Shown: piece after piece, positions 1 through 12,300 of the stretch | How positions within the stretch are numbered: position 1 is the stretch's first letter | Layout of the letters: the number at the start of each line of letters is the position of its first letter | Assembly: GCA_964016885.1 (NCBI GenBank) | Contig: OZ024743.1 | Location: 114,390,001 to 114,454,000, forward strand | DNA from: Eledone cirrhosa | Lineage: Eukaryota | Direction: 5' to 3' | Length of the DNA stretch: 64,000 nt | Notes under the pieces: model-generated | The model's database searches: none | What the model saw: the letters and a program-made list of their open reading frames with translations, nothing else | Told to the model about the DNA's origin: nothing | Translations under genes and position numbers: made by a program

Positions 1-14
1 AAATACTGGTCCAC

Positions 15-85
15 CCACACACACACACACACACACATATATACACAAACACATACACACGCGTACATCAACATACAAAGAGACT

Positions 86-178
<93 letters not shown>

Positions 179-233
179 TTCTCCGTATAAGACAAAAGCT
201 GAAAAATATCTTTTGACCTTCGAATGACTCTGC

Positions 234-274
<41 letters not shown>

Positions 275-343
275 ATCTTAATAGCCATTTGACACACATC
301 GCTGCTGGCCATTGTCGCAGCATCGAACACCTTACTACTACTA

Positions 344-421
<78 letters not shown>

Positions 422-435
422 ACACACACACACAT
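15..435. repeat. (CA)n microsatellite cluster
   Basis: Long CA runs. The CV/HT ORFs here are translation artefacts. Confidence 0.95.
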
Positions 436-914
436 ATTTGTTGTGAAAGAGTCATTTCTCAATCTTGGCGCAAAACCAATTTTTTATCCACATGACCTCT
501 ACCGACCAATCAAAATTGTTTTGACCAAGAATTTTTGCTGGAGCCACTTTTTTAACATTTTAACATAAAAACAGTCTTGGCGCAAAATCAACTTTTTACA
601 TTCACATGACCTCTACCGACCAATCAAAATTGTTTTGACCACAAGCATTTTTGCAACACAAAAATAACGCTGGAGCCACTTTTTTAACATAAAAACAGGT
701 AGAATTCCCAAAACTAATCAGATCAGAGCAAACAGCACGGACACTCTATCTCAAAATTAATTTTGAAAAGCATTTAGAAATGCGCAACCGGTAAAAACTT
801 AAAAACTTAAAACCACAACTGAATACTAACCCATACAATCACTAATACTCTTTTATTCCTAATTAAACCATTTTTCAACTGTGAACAATTTGTCAGCATT
901 TTCTATTCCGTTTA

Positions 915-984
<70 letters not shown>

Positions 985-1269
985 ATCTAAACTATAATAA
1001 AGCAAGGAGTGCGGGACTGCGTCCAGAATATATTTTTTTTATCCCGTTTGTAAAATAAGTTGGATTACTTTGAATAAATAATGAATGAATAGTACATAAT
1101 TTATCTACTAAATTTCTTTATTCTTGATTAAATATTAATTATTTTGTTGCTTATTTTAAGATTCACTTCTTTAAAATTTTCAAATGTCAACACTTCCGGG
1201 TAGTGATCGCTTAAATAAACATTCATATATTTCCGTCACTAATTTTCTCCTAATGCAGTTTATATATAA

Positions 1270-4200
1270 CTAGCAGAAATGCCCGGCTTGGCTCGGGGTT
1301 TAATTGCTTTAAAGTACTCTTAATGATTCCACTCAATTATGATTATTGAGGCAAAGATTGATATAAGTTCCGCCCAACCAATCGATTTGCAACGGGATAG
1401 AAAGCCCTGTAAAGGGCTTTGCAACACTCTCAGAAGTAGGTAACAATTGAATGTAAGGTAGCCCTGAAAAGGGCCGTGTTATCGTTCTCACAATGGTAAT
1501 AGGAAGTCCTTGAAATGGGTGTAAAACGTTCACAGATGAATAGGGCCTCTCCCTCTTCCACCAACGGCAGCGGACGTGCTGTCCCGAAACTTCATGCTCT
1601 GCGAAAACAGATTGGATGCCCTATGGAGGAAAGAGGGGGAATAAGCATGGGTAAGTAAATGCGGGTAAGTTTGAAAATACACAACAATAGCATCTACTCA
1701 CCATGTCAGACCGGCAAGACTGTAGTGGTGCTGAATAGAGGAGTCACAACACCTCTCTGTAGACCACATTTTTTGTTCTGCCTTTGGGCGCAAGTATGAA
1801 TAAGTTCTGCTTGCATCCGACTCTTGAGCATGCGACGTATAATTGGCCGTGTGAGAAGCATGGCTGGCCTAAATGGAGGCCTGCCGTTGTTAGCGTTTTG
1901 CCTTGGGACTTGTTGATTGACATCGCGAAGCAAAGTTTAACGGGGAATTTAATTCGGCGCAGAGTGCAGGGGAATTCCTTACCTGATGGAGTTAATGGTA
2001 TTCTGGGTATAAAGACGTTTTCTCCAGCGCCGCAGCCCGTGAGAATTGTGACTTCAATTACATGCGGCAGGAGGTTTCTTACCACTAACTCTGTTCCATT
2101 GCAGAGACACGGTGGTTCCAAGTTCCTCAACAGCATCACTGGAGCCCCAACTTTGAGGCACAGTTCATGAGGTGGCAGTCAGGAGAGGTCCAAGGAATTG
2201 AGGAATTCTGTAGGAAAATCGTTAACCTCATCTTTGTCCACAACTGTGGTCCACAGATTTGTAGGTATGGAGGTTTCCAGGAATGCGTTGCAGAAGGTCC
2301 TCATTGATTTTTGCAACAGAGACATTTTTGGGAGCTAATATGGCTCTATCGCACAGCCAACTCGTGTTTTTGTAGTTGATGGCCATATTGGGAAAGGCTG
2401 TGAGGTCGTCAACAGTGTCGTCAACGGCGCCTACTTGCGAGACTGCCATTTCTCCAGCTGCATCTGAAGGTGCAGTGCCGTCACCAACTGTTAAGAGTTC
2501 CTTCGAGATGTCGGCTGATAAGTGGTCGCCGAACGGTTGGGCTCTCATGTTTGTTGTGAGAGTCAGACTTGTCACCTCCTGCCACAGGGGAGATGACTTA
2601 ATGCAAGCCCCCACACTGTCGGCCCTGGTGGCTTTTGGAACAACTGGAAGAGTTTGTCGAAAATCGCCAGACAGCAGTAGAGGTACTCCTCCCATTGGCC
2701 GGTTGCATTCTTTGATGTCTCATAGGGTCCTGTCTAACGCCTAAAGGGACCCTTTATGGGCCATTGTGCATTCGTCCCACACAATTAGCTGGCATCTTTT
2801 CAAGATTTCTGCTTTGTCAGAGTCCTTGTTGATATTGCAGGTCATTGTGTCGTCTGAAGTCGCGTTGAATGGTAGTTTAAATGCGGAATGAGCTGTCCTA
2901 ACTCCGGGCAGCAGAGTTGCGGCAATCCCAGAAGAAGCCACAGCCAGGGCGATTCCATTTTGCTGTCGCACTTTGGCGAGAAAGATTTTAGTGACGAATG
3001 TTTTACCAGTTCCTCCTGGGGCGTCCAAAAAGAAGATACCTCATGTGCGTTGACGATTGAAAGTGCAAACTGTGTAATACGCCCGCCGTTGGTCATGCAA
3101 CAATTTCGGCTCGTTTTCGTTGATGAACAGTTCGAGGGCGTCGACGTCGTAGGCAGTTTCCTGAATTATGCCCGTTGGAAGCTTGTCCGAGCCCGTTCGC
3201 TGAACTTTTGGCAGTCCATAGAATGGAAGGTCATTTCCGCCGGCAGTTAGCATTTTGTCCTCGATGTCAATGAGAGCTTTCTGGAAGAATTCGTCGCTGA
3301 GTCGTACGTCAGAATGAGGGAGTAGCTGTTGTCCTTGGTGTATGTAGTCATCGGAAAGGTCCTCTTTGTATTTATCCCATAAGGATACAGGGTCTCTTAG
3401 CTCGCATGTCTGCAGTAGCACCGCAAAGAGTTGCCGAAGACTTCGCGCTGAGCGTATTGTAGCTGCCTCCGCCAATGTTGCATCCCACTGAGCGCCATCT
3501 TCCAGTAGACCCCGTCATGCAGTAGAAGGTGCAGATAAAAGCATTCCTGTTGGTTAGGATGAATTGTGGAGTCTCCCCAATGGCAGGGTAGATTTTAATG
3601 TCTGGATATCCCTCGATGGGTTGTACTTTCACCTTTCTTAACCAAATTCTGTTGTCTGTGTTCCAAGTGTAGTATGATGGCACCTGAGAGTAGAAGAGGG
3701 TCTTGGCGAAGGGATCGTTTCGGCATAACTGAAAAAATTCCGTAAGTGTGGTGTCCTTGGGTTCCTCTACCATCTCAGCAGCGGTGGGGGCGGTGAAGTA
3801 GACGCTTTCACCGTTTTCAAGGTGCACCGCCAACTGTTTGATTGGGGGTGGGTGGGGGGTGTAGTTATGGTGTATTGCACAGTGGAAGAATCACCAGAAC
3901 GCTTCATTACTGCTGATGTATCGGCCGACCTGGTATCAGTGATTTTGTCTCGGCTGTTCTCCATTGTAAGACCGAAGGACGCAGCATCGGACCCCTTATT
4001 GATGTACTTGCAGACGTACTTTATTGATTTGACGGAGTCGCAGTATTCAACGTTAATGTGGGCGTTAAACATTTTAAGCAGAAGTGGGCAGAGGGTACAA
4101 TCCACCGGTTGTTGTCGTGGTGATGTGGGGTTTTCGCAACAATTCCTCCGTCCGCTGGCTCCCTGCGGCGGTATAATGGGTAACCATCGCCACCTTTCTG

Positions 4201-6104
4201 AGTTTCTCGGAGGAATGGCCTTGGATACCTCTTGGTGCACCTTCTTGCTTTAATGCATGGCGAATTCATGTTGAAACCGTTTCCGCATGGCCCGTGAACC
4301 ATATGAGCAGTGACGATGCTGTGGAGTTCTCTGTCCAATTTCGGGTCGATTATTTCTGCTGAAATAATGCTGTAAATGCTGGTTGCGTTGATTTTCGTTA
4401 TTAGCCAAATGAGTAGGTAGGCAGGCCTCTCTTTTGCCACTCAACCGTGTATACGTAGCACCTAACAAGTCCAAAGGCCTTAGCTGATTGTATCAGTTCA
4501 ATAAGTTTGGTCAATTTCAAGTGAAAGACTCGTGCCGTAAGTTCGTGTCTGTCTGACGCCCTTTGTCCGGGGAATAATTCCGCGGTAATTTCAGTCCACT
4601 TAGGGTTGCAACTTAAAGTGATGAAGAGATCCGGTCTGCCGTAGAGACGCACGTAAGTCATAGCATCCTGTGTGCGTTCAATCATGTATCGGGGACTCCC
4701 AATAAATGTCGACGGAAGGATACAATGTTTTCCAAGGTTCTCGGGATCGACGTAATTCCTCACCCCATCCCGTAAGTGAATGTAGCTGTCCGAACGAAGG
4801 CGTGTTTGATTTTCCTTATGTAGCACAGCCTTTCAGATTCCATCTTTGCACACGCGTCTACAGAAAGTTGGTTAAAGCAGCCTTCGCGGACCAATCGGTA
4901 GGCGTAGAATTGCATACAGGAAACAGTTTTGTTGGTGTTGCACAAAGGAATTCCAAAGTGGTATCCGTCGGTAAGAAGGGGGTATTGGAATGCGTCGTAG
5001 GACCTATGCGTCTCGCTGATCCTTTGTGGAGTGTTGAACCTACACTCACGTATGATGTCCCGCTTGTTGTACTGTTCTCCATGAAGAAGCACAGCTAGTA
5101 CATTGCACGTGGGCGCGTTAAAATGGTCAGCGTGGGTGTCTGGTGGTTTCCTGTCAGCGTCGATTATAACAGCAAAATTTGGCGCCGGAGCGGCCTCCAA
5201 TGCGAATGTAATTGTTTTTGTGCAGCATTCTCTGAAGTTCCAACAGAATTTTCCTCTCTGTGCCAGGCGAAATTAAAGCGCGTCGTTCCGCTTGGTCCAA
5301 ATAGTCAGTGACAAAGTATAGCTGTAGGAACTGGGGCTCTCTGTCTGTCCTAGGCAGGAGTGAACCGATCCTGTGGTAAATTTGTCCTTGAACTTTAAAG
5401 GTAGGCATAAAGCCATCCTCCCGTATGATGTTAGCTCCGAAAGAGGTCATCTGAAAGGCAGCGTTGTATCTCCTGGAACATTGAAGGAAGTGTTCCGACT
5501 CCGCTGTGGCACCGGTCAGTAGAGACTTCAAAGGTTGTGGTGGTTCCTGTAGAGGAGACAGTTTCACTTTGCCGTCAGAGCAGCACATCCCTGAAGTCTC
5601 CCCAGGCCATTTTTTTGCAAGGTAAAATTGGCAAATGACGGACATATCCAATCCACTTCTGGCAGCAGTACATAGTTAACTGTAGGGTCATAGTGGAAAG
5701 CCTTATGAGACCACTGAGTATAACTGATCCTCGGAGTACCTCGTTGAGCACTCCTGCGGAGTGCATTGGCGTTTAGTCTGTGTAATCGAATTTGCGCAGT
5801 CTCTGACGCGCGCACAGAAGCGGTTGAAGCGGCGTCCGTACGTCGGCGTCTGGAACGCTGCCCTTCGTCCTCACCAGCACGTGACACAGCAGCTGAGGCG
5901 GCAAAGAGTGTTAGAGCATGTATTTAGTTTTATCGATTTTTTTCATAGAAGCAGGAAATATTTGACAAAGTTTATGTCACGTTGACCATCGTCGGTAAAT
6001 TTGGAGCACATTGGAAAAAAAATCATCAAAATCGGTAGAGAAATGTGGAAATGCATAAACATCATACACACAGACAGACATCTTCAGTTTTATATATATA
6101 GAGA
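1270..6104 (-). mobile_element. Full-length Helitron (rolling-circle transposon), decayed
   Basis: On the minus strand: 5' end A|TCTCTATATATATAAAACTG at 6104; 3' GC hairpin CCCGAGCCAAGCCGGG (1282-1297) followed by CATTTCTGCTAG|T at 1270. AT insertion site, no TSD, encloses RepHel. Confidence 0.9.
1744..5887 (-). pseudogene. Helitron RepHel (HUH Rep + PIF1 helicase) pseudogene with many frameshifts
   Basis: Zn motif KKWPGETSGMCCSDGKV. Rep motifs PDLFITLSCNPKW, VEWQKRGLP and KYVCKYINKG. PIF1 motifs DAPGGTGKT, IVWDECTM, GDFRQTLPV, FAMSINKSQG and FSHGQLYVACSRV. These are spread over about 12 ORF fragments. Confidence 0.95.
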
Positions 6105-8970
6105 TATCGTCTTTTTTTTTAATGTATCATGGATTACGCTACTGATTACATAAGACAATGTAACGCAGTCTGCGTTCAATTTCTGTGTATACTGTCAATT
6201 ACGATTTTATTTGATGTATCATATCTACATGCATTTCTACTTGCGTATAATATCAATATGCACACTACACATGCTAGCAGAAAACCACCCGAACGGTGGT
6301 TTTTCTGCTAGTATATTTAAGGGTCTGTTTTTCTTTTTTCCCCTTTTCTTTGATTCGTCAAAGTGGCATTATTAAGTTTTATAATGTATACAAAGTATAT
6401 AAAGTATTACCGGTTTCGATGTATTAGTAAAATTAATCTTATCAAATGTTGAGTATTACAATAAAAAAGAATTAATAAGGATTAAAAGCTAAAAATTAAA
6501 GATTTAAAATTAAGTGTTGAGGTAAGTTTTTACATCTTCCTTGTTGAGAAGAAGAGTGGAAAATGAACTCTTGTGTATGTATTGACAGAGGTGGTAGTAG
6601 CAGCAGCAGCAGTGTTGGTAGTGGTGTTTCTTCACATGGAAATTGTTTTTAGGGACACAGAAAATATTCTGTAAATATGTGTGTATCACAATTGTGTTAG
6701 TGGACTGGTCAATATTTCAGTTGTGAGTGGCGAAGGGGGGAATTGTAAGCTACAGACAAATTCTATGAGATTGGCAACGGTAGGGTTGTAAACGAAATAT
6801 TATTTTGGGGATATGGTTTTAGGGAGTGTGAGAGTGGATATATAAAAAGATACACACACGTGTGTGTGTGTGTGGGGGGTGTTTCTTTTGTGTGTGCGTG
6901 TATGTGGGGGAGTGCGGTATGTGTATGTGTGTGCTTCAGCCTGTCTGTCACAGTTTTAGAGAGTGTGAGTGTGTACGTGTGAGAGTGTATATATAAAAAG
7001 ATACACACATGTGTGTGTGTATGTGTGTGTGTGGGGGGTCTAGTCTGGTGTGCGTGTGTGTATATAGATATATATGCGCGCGCACACACACACAGATATA
7101 TAATATCTAAATACATATATATATATATATAAATAGACACACACACACACATTTATATAAATATAATTGTGTGTGTGTCTGTATGTGTATGCGTGTGTGT
7201 CTGTATGTGTGTGCGTGTGTGTTTGTAGTTACAACACCAATTGCCTCAACTTCAATGCAAATCCATCCTGATCAAACCAACACTATCTAAGAACACAAGC
7301 AAATGCATAATGAACCTACATTCAACCTCTTTCACCTGATCCAAACTGCTCAAAGAAGAGTTAAACCACACACTCCCATCTAACCTATGTTCCAACACTC
7401 CTGACAAAACATCCACGCGCATATATACGTCTAAGCCTAAATGTTAAAATTTCCTTCTCTGTTGGTAAATATTGAAGAGCTAAGTTAAATATAGAGAATC
7501 TGTTATTTAGTCATAACTTTGATAATTTAGATAAGTGACGGACAGTATTACATGATAGCACCCCCTAGCTATGAAATAAATTCTGACAAGATGATTACTT
7601 ATAATTATTTGAAATCAACTTTCTTTTCTATTTTCGTCTTTAGTACTGTTAGTACTATAGTTGTTGATCTCTTTAGTACTGTTAATATTGTTGTCGTTGA
7701 TGTCTGTAGAACTATTAGTATTGTTGTTCTTCATACTGTTGCCTTTTTGTTTTTCTGTTTTGATGTTTTCTATTTCAGTTAAATTGTTTTCATGCTGAAA
7801 TCATTTTTGTGTTAGCAGCGTTCATCAAAATGAATGACAGAATTGCTCCTGGAATGTTTAAAACAATTTGACGTTTCGATAGGCATTTACATCTCATCAA
7901 AAAATTACATGACGTGGTGAGACTAAAAACTACTTGAGTGACTGACTGAGCATTAGTCCAAAGTGCTTTACCTGACTGTTCAATCGTTTCTATCTTCCGT
8001 TTTCATTTACTTCCTTCCTCATTTCATCCACACTTACGGTATACTCTATCATCCTGAATTTCTTAATTTTATTTAGTACGTGGATGGACGGGTTTCTCTT
8101 TGTCATGCAATGCCATATCTATATATATTTTGTTCTTCTTCCCATATTTAAATTTAATGGAGAGAGTTGGTTTTAAATCAAATCACATTTTATATTTTAA
8201 CAAATGGCTAATTATTATTCTGTAGAGCTATTGAATATATTCAATATAGTTATTTTGAGGAGAGCAGCCAACACGTCTCCATCCAGTTTGGACATATCTC
8301 CGACTCACTTATCCACCATTCTTCATTTTCACTATTATATTGTGTAGTTGAATGTGTCCTAAGAACACCACATTTTAGCAGCAAACACTGGAAATTATCC
8401 TATATAATTAATGATCAAAAGCTGAAGACAACCGAGTTGACTGAGGCATCAGGCAATCAGCCGATAGGTCGCTGACTTTGTACGTGTATATACATTACAC
8501 ACACAAACATACACACACACACACACTCACAAATACACATACTCTGACACTCACACAGACAAAACACGCACACACACAAACATACACACACATACACTCA
8601 CAAACACACAAACACACAAACACAGCTACACTCTCATACACACACACAGACAGATGCACACTCTCATACGCAAACACGCACTCACATGCGCACACACACT
8701 GACACACTCACCGACACACATATAGACACACTCTCATACACAGACAAGCGCGCGTGGGCACCTGTGTATGTGTGTAACGTCTGCAGCCGTTACAACGTTT
8801 GTAGATTATAAAAGAATTGACCTAACAGCTAACATCCAGAAAACTGAGGTCACCAGTCAATGGAAGACAGCATCACATTCGCTCTATCCTTTCCCAATTT
8901 CTCAATATTACAGCAACAACACATGATATCTTTCCAGTTCAGATATCTAGACGATAATATTTTTAATAGC

Positions 8971-9185
8971 AGGGTGGTGGATTGGCAGAATCGGTAGAGC
9001 GTCGGACAACATGCTTCACGGCATTGAGTTACAGCCCTTTGCGTTCTGATTTCAAACCCCACCAAGCTTGGCTTTGCCTTTCATACAATGGGACTGATAA
9101 AATAAAGTACCAGTAATGAACTGGGGTTGATTTAATCGACTTTCCTCTCCTCCAAATTGTTGGTTTTGTGCCTAAATCAGAACCC
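8971..9185 (+). mobile_element. tRNA-derived SINE (octopus-type)
   Basis: A-box-like TGGCAGAATCGGTAGAGC and B-box-like TTCAAACCC, then the body GCCTTTCAT...GATAAAATAAAGTACCAG...GATTTAATCGACT...TTGTGCCTAAA that recurs more than 10 times in the window. Confidence 0.75.
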
Positions 9186-9310
9186 AACATTTTTAACAAC
9201 TGGAGATTGGATGAGGAGATTCTATACATCTTTTGCTAGGTCCAGAAAGAATCTCCTTTTAAACAACAATCTCAGCCTCCATGCCAAAATTCTCGTCTAT
9301 ATTTTTCTCA

Positions 9311-12300
9311 AATGGTGAGTCTGTAACCAGTCTTGTGTGGTCATCTAATGGTCAGTCTGTAACCAGTGTCTTGTGTGGTCATCTAATGGTCAGTCTGTAA
9401 CCAGTGTCTTGTGTGGTCATCTAATGGTCAGTCTGTAACCAGTGTCTTGTGTGGTCATCTAATAGCCAGTCTGTATCTATAGTCTCGTGTGGTCATCTAA
9501 TAGCCAGTCTGTATCTATAGTCTTGTGTGGTAATCTAATGGTCAGTCTGTATCTAGTGTGTTGTGTGGTCATCTAATGGTCAGTCTGTATCTATAGTCTT
9601 GTGTGGTCATCTAATGGTCAGTCTGTATCTATTGTCTCGTGTGCTCATCTAATGGTCAGTCTGTATCTATAGTCTTGTGGTCATCTAATGGTCAGTCTGT
9701 ATCTAGTGTGTTGTGTGGTCATCTAATGGTCAGTCTGTATCTATTGTCTCGTGTGGTCATCTAATGGTCAGTCTGTATCTATAGTCTCGTGTGGTCATCT
9801 AATGGTCAGTCTGTATCTATTGTCTCGTGTGCTCATCTAATTATCAGTCTGTATCTATAGTCTTTATCTATAGTCTTGTGTGGTCATCTAATGGTCAGTC
9901 TGTATCTATTGTCTCGTGTGGTCATCTAATGGTCAGTCTTATCTATTGTCTCGTGTGGTCATCTAATTATCAGTCTGTATCTATAGTCTGTATCTATAGT
10001 CTTGTGTGGTCATCTAATGGTCAGTCTGTATCTATAGTCTTGTGCGGTCATCTAATGGTCAGTCTGTATCTATTGTCTCGTGTGGTCATCTAATTATCAG
10101 TCTGTATCTATAGTCTGTATCTATAGTCTTGTGTGGTCATCTAATGTTCAGTCCGTATCTATTGTTGTGTGTGGTCATCTAATGGTCAGTCTGTATCTAT
10201 TGTCTCGTGTGGTCATCTAATGGTCAGTCTGTATCTATAGTCTCGTGTGGTCATCTAATGGTCAGTCTGTATCTATTGTCTCGTGTGCTCATCTAATTAT
10301 CAGTCTGTATCTATAGTCTGTATCTATAGTCTTGTGTGGTCATCTAATGGTCAGTCTGTATCTATTGTCTCGTGTGGTCATCTAATGGTCAGTCTTATCT
10401 ATTGTCTCGTGTGGTCATCTAATTATCAGTCTGTATCTATAGTCTGTATCTATAGTCTTGTGTGGTCATCTAATGGTCAGTCTGTATCTATAGTCTTGTG
10501 CGGTCATCTAATGGTCAGTCTGTATCTATTGTCTCGTGTGGTCATCTAATTATCAGTCTGTATCTATAGTCTGTATCTATAGTCTTGTGTGGTCATCTAA
10601 TGTTCAGTCCGTATCTATTGTTGTGTGTGGTCATCTAATGGTCAGTCTGTATCTATAGTCTTGTGTGGTCATCTAATGGTCAGTCTGTATCTATAGTCTT
10701 GTGTGGTCATCTAATGGTCAGTCTGTATCTATAGTCTCGTGTAGTCATCTAATGGTCAGTCTGTATCTATAGTCTCCTGTAGTCATCTAATGGTCAGTCT
10801 GTATCTATAGTTTTGTGTGGTCATCTAATGGTCAGTCTGTATCTCTAGTCTCGTGTGGTCATCTAATGGTCAGTCTGTATCTATAGTCTTCTGTGGTCAT
10901 CTAATGGTCAGTCTGTATCTATAGTTTTGTGTGGTCATAAATGGTCAGTCTGTATCTATAGTCTCGTGTGGTCATCTAATGGTCAGTCTGTATCTATAGT
11001 CTTCTGTGGTCATCTAATGGTCAGTCTGTATCTATTGTCTCGTGTAGTTATCTAATGGTCAGCCTGTATCTATAGTCGTGTGTGCTCATCTAATGGTCAG
11101 TCTGTATCTATTGTTTTGTGTGGTCATCTAATGGTCAGTCTGTATCTATAGTCTTGTGTGGTCATCTAATCGTCAGTCTGTATCTATAGTCTCGTGTAGT
11201 CATCTAATGGTCAGTCTGTATCTATAGTCTCGTGTGGTCATCTAATTGTCAGTCTGTATATATAGTCTCGTGTGGTCATCTAATGGTCAGTCTGTATGTA
11301 TAGTCTTCTGTGGTCATCTAATGGTCAGTCTGTATCTATAGTCTCGTGTAGTCATCTAATGGTCTGTCTGTATCTATAGTCTCGTGTGGTCATCTAATAG
11401 CCAGTCTGTATCTATAGTCTTGTGTGGTAATCTAATGGTCAGTCTGTATCTAGTGTGTTGTGTGGTCATCTAATGGTCAGTCTGTATCTATTGTCTCGTG
11501 TGGTCATCTAATGGTCAGTCTGTATCTATAGTCTCGTGTGGTCATCTAATGGTCAGTCTGTATCTATTGTCTCGTGTGCTCATCTAATTATCAGTCTGTA
11601 TCTATAGTCTGTATCTATAGTCTTGTGTGGTCATCTAATGGTCAGTCTGTATCTATTGTCTCGTGTGGTCATCTAATGGTCAGTCTTATCTATTGTCTCG
11701 TGTGGTCATCTAATTATCAGTCTGTATCTATAGTCTGTATCTATAGTCTTGTGTGGTCATCTAATGGTCAGTCTGTATCTATAGTCTTGTGTGGTCATCT
11801 AATGGTCAGTCTGTATCTATTGTCTCGTGTGGTCATCTAATTATCAGTCTGTATCTATAGTCTGTATCTATAGTCTTGTGTGGTCATCTAATGGTCAGTC
11901 TGTATCTATAGTCTTGTGTGGTCATCTATTAGTCAGTCTGTATCTATACTCTTGTGTGGTCATCTAATGGTCAGTCTGTAACCAGTGTCTTGTGTGGTCA
12001 TCTAATGGTCAGTCTGTATCTATAGTCTTCTGTGGTCATCTAATGGGCAGTCTGTATCTATAGTCTTCTGTGGTCATCTAATGGTCAGTCTGTATCTATA
12101 CTCTTGTGTGGTCATCTAATGGTCAGTCTGTATCTATTGTCTCTTGTAGTCATCTAATGGTCAGTCTGTATCTATACTCTTGTGTGGTCATCTAATGTTC
12201 AGTCCGTATCTATTGTTGTGTGTGGTCATCTAATGGTCAGTCTGTATCTATAGTCTTGTGTGGTCATCTAATGGTCAGTCTGTATCTATAGTCTTGTGTG

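Larger units (their letters stand above)
986..6311 (+). mobile_element. Putative non-autonomous Helitron hosting the nested autonomous Helitron
   Basis: Starts A|TCTAAACTATAATAAAG at 986. Ends in the hairpin CTAGCAGAAAACCACC-CGAA-CGGTGGTTTTTCTGCTAG|T at 6274-6311 (CTAG then T). Pairing of these two ends is inferred. Confidence 0.5.

Noticed and set aside
8971-9060. tRNA gene
   Set aside because: The A/B-box head continues into a repeated SINE body and no cloverleaf is evident.
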